From Octopus vulgaris (taxonomy: Eukaryota), in NCBI GenBank assembly GCA_951406725.2, contig OX597818.1, positions 22,692,001 to 22,756,000 of the forward strand: a stretch of 64,000 nt of DNA, written 5' to 3'. Every line of letters begins with the position of its first letter. Position 1 is the stretch's first letter. The notes under the pieces were generated by a model. The model did not search any database. It saw only the letters and a list, made by a program, of their open reading frames with translations, and was not told the origin of the DNA. The position numbers and the translations under genes are program-made. Of the stretch, positions 25,886 to 41,914 are shown in pieces.

Positions 25886-26045
25886 GCAAAGCTAAGAAGC
25901 GTTTGGTGGAGGAACTTAATGAATGAAGTGAAATCTGGATGGAGCTGGGACAAATGGAGAGGAAGGCCCAGACCCGGAATTAATGGACCGGAATTCGTCG
26001 TTGATCTATGCCCCAAAGAGACCAAGGACCTGATTTCGTAATAGA
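25886..26045 (+). mobile_element. RTE LINE 3' tip
   Basis: ...GQMERKAQTRN*W..EFVVDLCP, an RTE-like C-terminus. Confidence 0.5.
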
Positions 26046-27235
26046 CGCACACGCACACACGTGCGTACGTACATACATACATACATACATACATACATAC
26101 ATACATACATACATACATACATACATACATACATACATACATGCATGCATGCATGCACATATGTACATGGTGGAAGTCGTTTAATGTGATAACCTTGGCC
26201 AAAACCTCTTCGATAACAATGATCGGATGATAACATTACACAAATAAAAGTTTGTGTGACACACTAGTTTTTATAGCAATAACCAGTTGATAACGTTATT
26301 TGGGATTATAATGAACAGCTTCCACTGTGGACGTATATTCACAAAAAAAAGGAAAGAAAGAAAAAAGACAGAAAGAAAGAAAGAAAGAAAGAAAGAAAAG
26401 AAAGACAAAAGGAAGTGGAGTTAGGCTCCTGTAAGAATTTGGGTATATTTCAATTAATTGTAATTTATGAGCTTTGGCAGAGTTACGTGGATATATGTAT
26501 GTACGTACGTACGTACGTACGTATGTATGTATGTACGTACGTATGTACGTATGTATGTATGTATCTATGTATGTATGTATGTATGTATGTATGTATGTAT
26601 GTATCTATACATGCATGTATGTATGTATGTATGTATGTAGGTCTTAATTGATTTGTGGCTTGAGAAAAGAAGAATATTTGAGAGTGAAGAAAGATGGCAT
26701 GTTAAATGTTGCATACATTTTATGCTAACACTTTTATTAATAGATTTTTATGATGCTGCATTGAAATAAAAGGAAAAGTATAAGAATATAGAAGTAAAAA
26801 GAGGGACGTCTGGATCTTATCAGACGAAGGAAGACTATGGTATTTCACAATACACACACACGCACACACACACACACACACACATGCATGTACGTATGTA
26901 TGCATGTGTGTGTGTGTGTGTGTTTGTATACATTCACATACAGTTTGCAAGTAGATAAACAAATGAAAGAGTGTAGCATTCAACACCTGTAGTTGGTGAT
27001 GTAAATATTTAATAATAATACGCTTCCTTTCCATATCAGTAAAGTTTCGTCGGCGGAGATATAGTTATATAATCTCTAGTTTTAGGAGTTCGAAATCAGT
27101 CTAAGAAGGATTTAAATATGGCTTTTCTAAGTAATATTGTATGAGGAACCTCCATTGGTCTGTTCAGGTCAAATGAACAGATTGATAAAATAGAGACACC
27201 ATATTATATATATATATATAATTATATATATATAT

Positions 27236-27318
<83 letters not shown>

Positions 27319-27373
27319 TGTATGTATGTGTATGTGTGTGTGTGTGTGTGTGCATGTATATATATATATGTAG

Positions 27374-28200
27374 CACCCGCCAAAAAGTCTTTAAACTATT
27401 GCGAATTTCTGCTAATTGCCAACTTATAAGTTGATGTTTCGCATTGCATTTTTAACAGATGAAACATTGGCCCTGTTGGAGTCATTTCCATGCCTAATCA
27501 TTATATTTTGTAGAAGGGGTTCCGAATTAGAAGGGAAGATGCGAGACGACCACCAAAAATGGCTGTGCAAAAGTTTTTGGCCAACTCACATAAACGAATC
27601 AAGATACAGTGTTTTAAAACAGCAAAATGTCTATTATGAAAATTTATCACAAAATGTTCATTTCAAGAATTTACTGTACATTGTTAATATTTCGGGTAGC
27701 TTCCCTTAGCTTAAATAATTGCTTCAGCGCACCTATGAAGAGATGCGTACAAATCCTTCACCATCTTCACAGGTATGAGATGCCATTCTCTGTGGCTGAG
27801 CTCTCACAACTCTTCAGGATCGCGTGGATTCTTCTGATGAACTGTTCTCCTTAGTTCTGTCCACATTTGCTCGATAATATTTAAGTCAGGGCTCTGAGCT
27901 GGCCATTCTTTCAATACGGTAGCACCATCAGCCAGACTTTGTTGTGTTGCCCACGATCTGTGATATGGAGCTCCGTCATGCTGAAAAATCTCACCTTCAG
28001 CCAAGTCTGGTATCAAATTGTCCTTCAGCAACTGGATGTATTTGGCACTATTCAAGTTACTGCCAATTACGACCAATTTTCTTGAACAATCACTTATGTA
28101 TCTTCAATGCATCAGACTGTTACCCCCAAACTTCACTGTTTTCGTCATTTAACGTGGGTCGTTTCGCTTTCCTGGAGGCCTTCTGACAAATTCTCGCTTA
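27374..28200 (-). mobile_element. Tc1-like transposon remnant (DDE C-terminal half)
   Basis: ORF 27804-28076 IFQHDGAPYHRS...WPAQSPDLNIIEQMWTEL. Confidence 0.88.
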
Positions 28201-28211
28201 TTACAAAGCGA

Positions 28212-28255
<44 letters not shown>

Positions 28256-28260
<5 letters not shown>

Positions 28261-28826
28261 TGCAGGAAGTAAATAGACACCTTTGATTTTCAAAATTGCT
28301 GATCTAAGCGTCTTAATATGTTTTCAGCGGTGTAGAATTTACAATGTAATTATCTTTTTTCACTCCAGGTGCCATTATATTAAACATTTGCGAAGAGCAA
28401 CCATAACATGCACAAAAAATTCAGCAGAACTGTCAGATTTTCAAAGACGTCGTATTGTTGGGCAATCTGAAGCCGGTCTTAGCCAGTGAAAAATTGCTGA
28501 AAATCTTCAAATTCCTCTTGCTACTGTTAAAAGAATTGTAGTGCAATTCAAAAGCCAAGGAAAGGAATCAACAGATTCTCGTCCCGGCCGACCTGGGCCC
28601 TCGAAAAGGAAGCTTCGCTGTTTGAAGAGAATTGTGGAAAATGAATCCCGTTCGAAAGCTTCTGACATTGCACAACAGCTAGAAGTTAGTCCAAGAACGT
28701 GTGTTACATATCTGCATAAGCTTGGGTATTATGGACGAGCAGCTAGAAGAAAACCTCTCCTTCAACCAATTAATAGCAAATAAAAGATTTTGAAAATTCA
28801 AGGTGTCTATTTACTTGCTGCATGTC
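28256..28826 (+). mobile_element. Internally deleted Tc1-like element (N-terminal HTH only) with ~40-bp TIRs
   Basis: TIRs catgcaggaagtaaatagacacctttgattttcaaaat / attttgaaaattcaaggtgtctatttacttgctgcatg; ELSDFQRRRIVG...RPGRP...GRAARRKPLL. Confidence 0.9.
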
Positions 28827-28876
28827 TATATATATATGTGTGTGTGTGTATGTGTGTGTGTGTGTGTGTGTGCGTG

Positions 28877-28924
<48 letters not shown>

Positions 28925-28929
<5 letters not shown>

Positions 28930-29137
28930 CTGTGTTTGCCGCACCATCGCTTGACAACCGATGCTGATGTATTTACGTCCACGTAACTTAGCGGTTCGGC
29001 AAAAGGGGTTGATAGAATAAGTACTAAGCTTACAAAGAATAAGTCTTGGGGCCGATTTGTTTGACTAAAACCGTTTAAGGTGGTGCTCCAGCGTGGCTGC
29101 ATTCAAATGACTGAAACAAGTAAAAGAATAAAAGAAT
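28925..29137 (+). mobile_element. SINE family A 3' half
   Basis: gcttgacaaccgatgctg...ttagcggttcggcaaaa...gactgaaacaagtaaaag. Confidence 0.85.
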
Positions 29138-29160
29138 ATATATATATGTGTGTATGTATT

Positions 29161-29214
<54 letters not shown>

Positions 29215-29218
<4 letters not shown>

Positions 29219-29435
29219 GAACCGTTAATCCCTACACATTTTTGTTTCTCTTACTTTTTTTGGTTGTTTTTTTTATTTTTGGCATCTCTCCATTTTTTCC
29301 TCTCAATCCTTCTGTTGAAGAGCGCAGGCTCGAATCATCCAAAGACTTTTCCTTTTTTTCCGGGCGTTAAACTAATACAGCTGGTTGTTGTTCTCGCATC
29401 TGTCTTCGGCTTTTGTTTTCTGTAAATTTGAACTA

Positions 29436-29440
<5 letters not shown>
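29215..29440 (+). mobile_element. Short hammerhead-bearing element ending in (TA)n, paralog of 46500-46655
   Basis: CTGTTGA-a-GAGC-gcag-GCTC-GAAt; shares the tail gggcgttaaa...tgtcttcg...tgtaaatttgaacta. Confidence 0.65.
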
Positions 29441-29488
<48 letters not shown>

Positions 29489-29622
29489 CTTTACGCTAGT
29501 TAAAATATGTTTGTGATATATTTTTAATTCTAAAGGCAAATTCACTGCAGTTACTATGGAGAAAAAATTCTGTTATGGTAAAATGTGTAAGAATAATATC
29601 TGCCCAGTACCTCCTCTAGCAG

Positions 29623-29670
29623 ATTCCCTGACGCGCGTTTCTGACTCTTTAGCCTTCTTCAGTGGGAAAT
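29623..29670 (-). ncRNA. Minimal type I hammerhead ribozyme motif with GUC triplet
   Basis: TTCCCa-CTGAAGA-a-GGCT-aaag-AGTC-a-GAAA-CGCGCG-TC-aGGGAA. Confidence 0.7.
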
Positions 29671-29673
29671 ACT

Positions 29674-29768
<95 letters not shown>

Positions 29769-30059
29769 TGGGCCGGTTCAAAGCTGTAGCTTCAACTAAA
29801 AAACAGTCAACATCAGTGACTGAATTTCGCTAATGGACCGCGTGATTAGGATAAAAATAGCAATATCAGCGCCGAGCAGTGATTAGTCACATATTTTAAC
29901 TTCATTGCAGTCACCGAGAAGAAAAAAATTCTCTCTTTTGGTAAAATCCAGTATATATTTTTAACTGAAAATAAAACACAAGCAAAAACCTAATTATACT
30001 GGTTACATTTATTGGTTTATTGACAAGCTCATCGATTCAGAGTCGAGAGTGTGTCAAGA

Positions 30060-30757
30060 CAAGTCGCATATCACATTCCACTCGTAAACGACTTTTATAT
30101 TTCGTCTTCAAATTTGCTGAAGCAGTAAAAGCCTTTTTCCACATAAATATGTAGAGCTAAATGAAAGTAGAGTTTGTATTGCCTTCTTTAAACAATTCGG
30201 GTTCTATTGTGCAGATACAAATTCACTTCAAAAGCTTTGAAGGCTCAAATAACATTTCCTTTATAATTGTCAGAGCGTCAAAGCGGTTTGATATTGTAAA
30301 TGCATTTAATAGACTGATTCACGTTTTGAGGTAATATCGAATCATGACAGAAGGTGAACTCAACCTTGCACATGCAACATTATTGGACAAATACCCAATC
30401 GATCTCTAAGAAAAGATGCTAGAGAAAATAAGGCGCCTTAAGAAATTACATGCATAAAATTTTGGTAAAAATATGGGGCCACATAAACTATTAAATATAA
30501 TAAAAACGTTCAAGCTTAATGACATTTTCCCAAATGTATGTATTGCAAATATCCTGCACATTGCTAGCTTCCAGCAGCATCTGTTGCGGAAGCTTTCAGC
30601 AAAGTAGGGATCATCAAGACCTTCTAAAGGGGCATGATGACATAGGAAAAACTGAACAACCCAGCCGTCCTAAGTATTGAGAGCGAACGTGCAAAGAGAA
30701 TTGACTTCTGTGAATTACATTTGCTATAAAAAGATCACGTAAAGCTTGCTTCACTTA
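30060..30757 (+). pseudogene. hAT transposase remnant (C-terminal dimerization domain)
   Basis: FPNVCIA...AFSKVGIIKTF*RGMMT*EKLNNPAVLSIESERAKRIDF, matching the FSKL..IK..LR..M...RL..LA.LSIE motif. Confidence 0.75.
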
Positions 30758-30929
30758 ATTATAAGAATTCATTTGGAGAATTCTAAAGGAATTCTTGATA
30801 AAGTGTATATATTTCCAATATCGTCGTCAACGGCGTCGTCGTCGGCGGCTTTTATCTCGTATCCGAGTATTTATTCTTCTTTGCTGAACGCTTCCTTTAA
30901 GGTGATGCCGCTAATGACTTTGTAGACCA

Positions 30930-31760
30930 ATTTTTATGTAGAAGAGTCGATAGCATTGACTGCATTGCAATGTTGGTGGAGGATGAGGCTAATTTTATCT
31001 AGCCTTTCTCTCCTGCCGTTTGATTTTTTCCTTTTTTCTTCTGATGACTTCGAAGTTTTTGGTTCCGTTAGTGATAGAACACCGCCATTTGGTACGGTCT
31101 CAAGTTTGTGTTTCAAACAATTTAGGCTCAATTCCAGTGGCTTTCAGTCTTGTTTTGAGTTAGCCCTTGTGTCTTCGAAGAGGAAAACCCAATGGTCTTT
31201 TTCCTGAAGTGAGCTCACTGGATAAGACTTGACGTGGGAACCTTGACTGTTGCATTCTTGCTACATGCCCTGTTTCATGATCAGCGATTCGATACTTTGT
31301 TTGCTCTTTCCGGGGATTTGTTATTGGTCACATAGTGTTCCCATTTGACGCTCAAGATTGAACGAAGCTTTTGTTGGTGAAATTGCTCTAATTTTTGGAT
31401 GTCACAACGATATAGAGTTCAGGTTTCGTAGCCATATAGCAAGGTCGAAATGATAACATCATTATAAACCATAAATTTCGTTGCTAAGTTAAGATTTTTG
31501 TGGTTGAAGACGCGTTTGGTTAACTTTCTAAATGCTCTGTGTGCAGCTCCAATTCTGTGTTCCACATTTTTTTCTGGGGTGCACTTGTTTGGTAAAAGGC
31601 TGTTTAGATATGAAATATGCTTATTTTTCGAAATGTATATCAGAGATTGTAATATCAAAATCTGATAAGATGGTGTTTGGGGTTAGATGTGCAAGGGCCT
31701 TGGTTTTCTTGATGTTTATTTTGAGGCCGAAGCGATGGTAGGCCATAGCAAAGTTGTTTA
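30930..31760 (-). pseudogene. RTE-clade LINE 3' remnant
   Basis: FGLKINIRKTK, HRIGAAHRAFRKLTKRVF, TKFMVYNDVIISTLLYGYET. Confidence 0.85.
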
Positions 31761-32554
31761 CTCCCATAAATACCAAAATTTTGTTTTGGTATTTATGGGA
31801 GCAACTGTCTTCGAAGACCCATATTATCGTTGATTGCTCGAAATAGGGAGTAGAGAGACAGCCGACAACTGATGAAGAGTCGTTTTTTGTATTCTTTGTA
31901 AGATTGTCGCCATTTTATGTTTGTGTGTGTGGACGACAAGTTTACACATATTTCCCGTCTACCAAATCCACTCACAAGGATTTGGTCGGCTCGGGGCTAT
32001 ACTAGAAGACACCTGCGCCGAGTGCCACGAAGCAAGCTTTTTCAACACACAGGTATGCTTGTATACATTTCTCTTCTTTTTATCAGAAAATGATATTGTT
32101 GATTGTTGGAGGCCGTTGTCCCAAAACTATTTCACAAATGAGACCGGCCTTTGGTACCCTAGGGAAGCGAATCGTCAGATTATTGTGCTATTGCTATTGA
32201 TGTCATCAATATAGTTTAATTTACACCTTTGAAAATGTACCTATGAAAATTTCATTTAAAAATATGCCTTCCTAAATAGTTAGTAGTAGTCTCATCCAAC
32301 ATGGCCTTGAGTACCAACTTTCTTAGATGGAATGTTTGAAAATTGCGGAATTTCCTACATGAAAACGTTGGTACTAATGTTAATCCACAAATAAAGAATA
32401 TGCATGTATGCATGTTTCTATATATGCATGTATGTATACATACACACACACATATATATATATACACACATATATATATGCACACGCACACTCACACGCA
32501 AACGCACATATATATAAATATATATATATATACATACAAACATGCACACATATA

Positions 32555-32970
32555 CTCTTTTACTCTTTTACTTGTTTCAGTCATTTGACTGCGGCCATGC
32601 TGGAGCACCGCCTTTAGTCGAGCAAATCGACCCTGGGACTTATTCTTTGTAAGCCCAGTACTTATTCTATCAGTTTCTTTTGCCGAACCGCTAAGTGACG
32701 GGGACGTAAACACACCAGCATCGGTTGTCAAGCAATGCTAGGGGGACAAACACAGACACACAAACACATACATATATATATATATACATATATGTATATA
32801 TATATATATATATACGACAGGCTTCTTTCAGTTTCCGTCTACCAAATCCACTCACAAGGCATTGGTCGGCCCGGGGCTATAGCAGAAGACACTTGCCCAA
32901 GATGCCACGCAGAGTGGGACTGAACCTGGAACCATGTGGCTGGTTAGCAAGCTACTTACCACACAGCCAC
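32555..32970 (-). mobile_element. SINE family A, full length
   Basis: Near-identical reverse complement of 1935-2343. Confidence 0.92.
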
Positions 32971-33255
32971 TACTATATTGAAAGTACTAGATATTTAAAT
33001 ACTTCATATTTGTGTTGAGGTTGTTGCGTCTAAAAATGTGCTTGTCATCATCATCATCATGACACTTGAACTCAATCCCTATGAGCATACTTATGTATCT
33101 ATATTGTACCTTATATGTTTCTATAATATCCGGCGAACACACAGCTTTTAAAATCGTTTTTACTATTTTGCTCCCATTTGGTTTTTTTTCTTTTCTTTTT
33201 TTTTCTTTTAACTAATAACATAATCAAAATTAAATTTTATAAACTTAAATATTTT

Positions 33256-33377
33256 AGGTGCAGGAGCAACTATGTGGTAAGAAGCTTACTTTCCAGCCAT
33301 ATGGTTCCGGGTTCACCCCCAGTGTGTGGCACTTTGGGCAAGTGTTCTCTACTATCGCCTTGTGAGTGGATTTTGTA

Positions 33378-33380
<3 letters not shown>
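33256..33380 (+). mobile_element. SINE family A 5' part (3' part at ~33720-33830)
   Basis: tgtggtaagaagcttac...ggttccgggttcacccc...ttgggcaagtg. Confidence 0.75.
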
Positions 33381-33448
<68 letters not shown>

Positions 33449-33648
33449 GAGCAATCTCAGGATTAATCAGCCGAAATCGCGAGGATGATCCGGTTCTTGA
33501 CTGAAGATTGAAGGCTTCGAATGTCCGTGTTTTTTGTATCGTCTTCTAAATGTTTTACGTTCTTGTCCCAGTTTGTATTTTTTTACATATACCTATATAT
33601 GCATATATATCGTTTATATATGTATATATATGTCGTATATCTACAAAC

Positions 33649-33700
<52 letters not shown>

Positions 33701-34173
33701 GTTTGTAGATATATATATATACATAACTTAGAGACCGACAGAATAAAGTACCAGGTTTAAAATATAAGTACTGGGGTCGATTCATTCGACTAAAAATTCA
33801 AGGTTGCAGTCTAATGACTGAGGCGGGTAAAGAGTTGTATAACACTGAGTGGTTGTACTTGATTTGTCATCTCTGTTATTATGCAGGAATGGACCCTGTT
33901 TGACAATCAAGTGGAGTAAAGTAAGCTGAATTAGATACTTTTTGTGGAGACGTGAAATCTTATAGTGAGATTAGAATTGGTGACGATGTGATCAGAATTC
34001 TAGAAAGTTAGCTTGTGAAGCAGGCTGCGCACTACAGAATAGGAAGTGGATGATGTAAGCTCTAAATTCTGGGAGCTAGCCTTTTCTGATCGATATCAAC
34101 TTACTTTACATACATCATTCTAAAAGTGTATATATAGTTCGTTCGTATCCGTATGTATGTGTGTATGTGTATA

Positions 34174-34923
34174 CCGTAAATCCTCGAGTATAATCCGCAC
34201 TTTTCCCCAAAATTTAATGGTCAAAATCCCTAGTGCGTACTATATACAAGATTAAAAATGAAAATTATTTTCTAAGCAATTTCCGAGTCTCTATTTGCTG
34301 TCCGGCAATGTTTATTCAGACGCATTTTGTGATGTCGGGCGCGAAAATACCGTAAGCTAAGCCAGAAAGCAATGAAGTCATAAAAGAATCGTCCATAACT
34401 TGCAGTAAGCAACATTTTAAAACGTTATTACTGTTATTACTGCTATTTCTGCAAACAAAATGCACAAAAAAAGTTGCATTATGTTATATATACAATAATA
34501 ATAAAGGACGTTACCGTATACATTTTTACAAACCAAGGACGTTATATAGACCTCTTTGACTCAAGTTAGAGAGGGGTGCGTATTATACACAAGGTTTTGT
34601 GATGTCGGGCGCGAAAATACCTTAAGCTAAGCCAGAAAGCAATGAAGTCATAAAAGAATCATCCATAACTTGCAGTAAGCTACATTTATTAAACGTTATT
34701 ACTGTTATTTCTTTATTTTCTGCAAACAAAATGCACAAAAAAGTTACACGTTGCATGATGTTATAAATATACAATAATAATAAAGGACGTTACAGTATAC
34801 ATTTTTACAATGTATATAGACCTCCTTGACTCAAGTTAGAGAAGGAGTACGTATTATACACAAGGTTTAGGTTTTTCCCCTGCGTATTATACTCAAAGGC
34901 GGACTATACTCGAGGATTTACGG
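34174..34923. mobile_element. Tc2/pogo-type MITE with internal 270-bp tandem duplication
   Basis: TIRs CCGTAAATCCTCGAGTATAATCCGC / GCGGACTATACTCGAGGATTTACGG; TA TSD; 34325-34594 repeated at 34595-34868. Confidence 0.9.
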
Positions 34924-35232
34924 TATGCGTGTGTGGGTGTGAGAGTGTGTATATGAGTAAGAGTTTGTGTGTTCGAAAACCATAGCGAAGAAAGAAGAAT
35001 TATGTGGGCGCAAGCACAATATACTCTTGAAATATGCATTGGCACTCATTAACTTTTTTTTTTCTTTCTTCGATCGCATTGTTTACAAAGACATATTCGT
35101 AACTTTCTGTGCTGGATATGAATTCTATCGAAAGTCCGTAGGGATAAACTTAGAAATGTGAACATCACACTGCTAACACAAAAATAAGGTACAATATTGA
35201 CTTGTAAACTTTTAATGTACTTGGTAGTATGT

Positions 35233-35865
35233 AAGGAGATGAGCTGGCAGAATTGTAAGCACGTCGTCTGAAATGTTTACTCTCTTTTTCTTTTACTTGT
35301 TTCAGTCATTTGACTGTGGTCATGATGGAGCACCGCCTTCAGTCGAAGAAATCGACCCCAGGGCTTATTTTTTGTAAGCCTAGTACTTATTCTATCGGTC
35401 TCTTTTGCCGAACCGCTAAGTTACGGGGATGTAAACACACCAGCATCGGTTGTCAAGCGATGTTGGGTGAACAAACACAGAGACACAAACATATATATAT
35501 ATATATATATATATACGACGGGCTTCTTTCAGTTTCCGTCTACCAAATCCAATCACAAGGCTTTGGTTGGCCCGAGGCTATAGTAGAAGATATTTTCCCA
35601 ATGTGCCACGCAGTGGGACTGAACCCAGAACCATGTAGTTCGTAAGGAAGCTACTTACCACACAGCCACTCCTTCGCCTCTGTTTAAGCGGCATTTCGTC
35701 TGTCTTTCTTTACGGCCTAAATTCAAATTCCGCCGGGGTTGATTTTGCTTTTAAGCTTTTCGGGGCACGTGATAAAATAGGTGCCAGTTGAGCACTGGAG
35801 TCGATGTAATCGACTTACCCTCTTCTCCGAAATTGCTGATCTTGTGCCAAACTTTGAATCCAATA
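35233..35865 (+). mobile_element. SINE family B interrupted by a family A copy
   Basis: Head at 35233-35279, remainder at 35681-35865. Confidence 0.75.
35280..35678 (-). mobile_element. SINE family A, full length (nested)
   Basis: Reverse complement of the family A sequence; flanked by tgttta on both sides. Confidence 0.9.
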
Positions 35866-36040
35866 TACTTTGTAGTATATTATGACAGCAAACGGAATAC
35901 CATGTCCTTGCCAGCAATTAATATTTACGCACCAGTTGCAAGGAATGTGTTTAATATGTAAATCGGTCTATCAAATAGTGTTACACTGCTAAACTTAGTG
36001 GGTATTTAAACAATGAGTTCGTGGATAGTTGATAGATTGG

Positions 36041-36090
36041 ATGTAGTACTGATGAAAGAGCAATAACTTTTGAAATATGCATATACACAT
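36041..36090 (+). ncRNA. Minimal hammerhead-like motif
   Basis: ATGTaGTA-CTGATGA-AAGAG-caataa-CTTTT-GAAA-TATGCA-TA-TACACAT. Confidence 0.55.
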
Positions 36091-36376
36091 ATTACCTATT
36101 TTCTCTGTCTTTACATAGACGTACTCGTATACCAAACGTCGTAACTTTCAGTACTGGATCTGAATTCTACAGAAAATCAGTTGAGATAAACTTTAAAATC
36201 GTAAAATGTCTTGTGTCTTGACTCTGCAAAGTTAATTTGGATTCATTCAGAAGGTAAAATGAGCTTAACTGTGATAATTTGACATCATAACCAGGTGGGA
36301 AGGAGTTAAATCTCATCCGTCTAATACTATAGACTCCATAAGATAAGCACTGGATGCTTAAAGGGTGTTCAGAAAG

Positions 36377-36393
<17 letters not shown>

Positions 36394-36410
<17 letters not shown>

Positions 36411-36654
36411 GGGAAGAGAGAAACGGAGGGAGGGCAGGGAAGGGAAGGAAAGAGAAAGGTGAATGTGGGAGGGAGAGAAAGAGGAAGTGAGAGAGGGAGA
36501 GATTAAGCGGGGAAACATCCAGGAAAGGGAGAGAAAGCTGCAGAGAGAGGGAGAGAGAGAGAAGAAAGGGAAAGAAGGTAAGAAAAGAAAACAGTGAAAC
36601 AAAGAAACAGAAAGAAATGTAAATAGTAAAAGATAAATAAAAGAGAGAAAGAGA

Positions 36655-36696
<42 letters not shown>

Positions 36697-37640
36697 ACAA
36701 ACTGAAAGTAAAGAGAGAAAGATTTAAAGAAAAGCAGAGACTTAAAAAGCGGGGGGGGGAAATAAGAGAGTAAAATATAAACTAAATGGGGGATAAAAAG
36801 AGGAGATAGAGAAAGTAGTATGCAAATAGAGAAAAAAAGGGAGAGAACGAAAGAGTGAAAGAATGAGTAAAAGAGAGAAAGATAGAAAGTATACGTAGAG
36901 AGAGAGTGTGTGAAAGGGACGGGGGGGATGGTATTAATAGATGACATACATCCACAGAGTATCTGTGATTTGTTTGGTCTGTCTGTGTGTCTTTTAGTCA
37001 ATCAGTCAAGCCAAGCAGTCAGTCAGTCAAGTAGAAGGGAAAGAAGGGAGGAGGTATAGTGGAATGGAGGGAGGGAAGAAGGACGGGGCAGGCAGCCCTC
37101 CTCCCTGGTCTACTAAATAGCTGAGAGAGAAATAAAGAGAGAGAGAGACTACATAGAGAGGCAGAAGGATACAAAGATATGGTGGAAGGCGAAAGACTGC
37201 ATGTAAGACGGAGTGAGGTGGGGGAAGAGAAGGAAAAGTTGATGGGATCAGATGGTAAGGGAGGGGGTGACGATTGATGCCTGCAAGTGTGGAGTGGTGA
37301 GAGGTGGGAAGGGCGACGAGGTGGGGGTGAGTTGTGAAGCGGGGAGGAAGGATCTGGGTAGAGCGCGAACAAGCAACTATATGTAAGATGTGAGTGTAGC
37401 TGTTTAGAGCTTGAGTGCGGTAGTGGAGGGAAGGTTGCATGATGTATTGAGGGGAGGAGGAATGTGAAGGGAGAGGAAAGCTAATCAAGAGGCGAGAGCT
37501 GGAGGGGGAGAGCATGAGGGCAGAGAGCAAGAGGGGAAGGTGGAGTTGTAAAAAAAAAAATAAATGGAGATGGGAGGGGTGAAGAAGAGAACGCGGGAAG
37601 ACAAGGAGATACATATGGCTGGGGTAACAAGCAAAAAAAA
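36394..37640 (+). repeat. Long purine (GA)-rich low-complexity tract
   Basis: Strong purine strand bias over ~1.25 kb; similar tracts at 47940-48400 and 48720-49000. Confidence 0.85.
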
Positions 37641-38089
37641 AAACGAAGGCAGGGACTTTATGAAAACTTTAAGGCCTCAGATTGTTGACGTTTTTGCTGC
37701 TGCTGCTGCTACTGCTGCTGCAGTTCTTGTTTTTGTTAAGTAACCTACCCACTGCATCCCGTCAGTCTTCATCAAGCAAAGCTATGGCACAGTTGAAAGA
37801 TTTGAGTATGACCTACTGATCCCTGGCTACAGATTTACCATGCTCCATATCGTTGAGGATCATACTTTCACACACAGTTAAACAGTGACTGTAAGCTGCT
37901 GGCGTTGTATAGCCTTCCTAAATCAGCCATGATCGAAGACGCTGCAGCTCTAACTAGCTATGTCAGCCATTTTTTTTGCATGTTTTCTTTCAAGACTTAC
38001 GTTTCGGTCTCTGGATGACGGCCATGCTGTAGTTAAGGGATTGACCTCTTAACATATTATCCCGTATATTTTCGTTCAGAGATGTCTAA

Positions 38090-41234
<3,145 letters not shown>

Positions 41235-41914
41235 TAAATATATATTTGAACGAAAATATACGTTCACTGTACTGAGGAATCTGCCACTTAATTCTTACCC
41301 GAAATACTTCGTTCATGATGTTATTCTCATTTTGTATCACTAACTATCAGTAACTTCATAATAAAAATCACAACTGATCCAAGATAATTTGTGTACTTAT
41401 TCTTCCCTATATACAGATTCAAAATAAATAATTAAAAAATATATTTTTTGCATGGAAAGTGAAAAAAAAAAGGTGTCTGTTAGGAGGCTAATCGTACAAA
41501 TCAACTCCAGTACTAATTATTTTTTTATTTTTTTATTTTTACCAAACCGCTATTTCTCTATATATTTTTCAATGTGTCTTTTAATTAAGTAGAACGTGAT
41601 TCGTTAGAAATTTGGTTGTTATTTCTAGCAGGGTCGAACTGTAAATGCATAAGAACGCATTTTGTTTGCTAACCTCTTGTAATAGCGTTGTGATTGTGCT
41701 AGGGTTCCGAGGTATTGTTTGGTGTTTATGCTGTTCTTGCGGTTATATTGCGGTGTTGTTCTGGTTGTGATGATGGTTGTTTAGTTATTAGTAAAACTGG
41801 TTGTGGTGTTAGTATTGGCGGTGTTAATGTTCAAAATAGGTCCGCCATATTTATTTCATAGTAAATATCTAGCATTTTATTTTCGTCTGGTAGCACTTGC
41901 TAAAGAAAGTGTAT

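Noticed and set aside
27374-28826. One rearranged Tc1 element with inverted halves
   Set aside because: The N-terminal piece has its own TIR pair, so these are two separate insertions.
36369-37614. Long Leu/Ser/Phe-rich ORFs resembling membrane proteins (also 47919-48706)
   Set aside because: They come from the pyrimidine strand of GA-rich low-complexity DNA.
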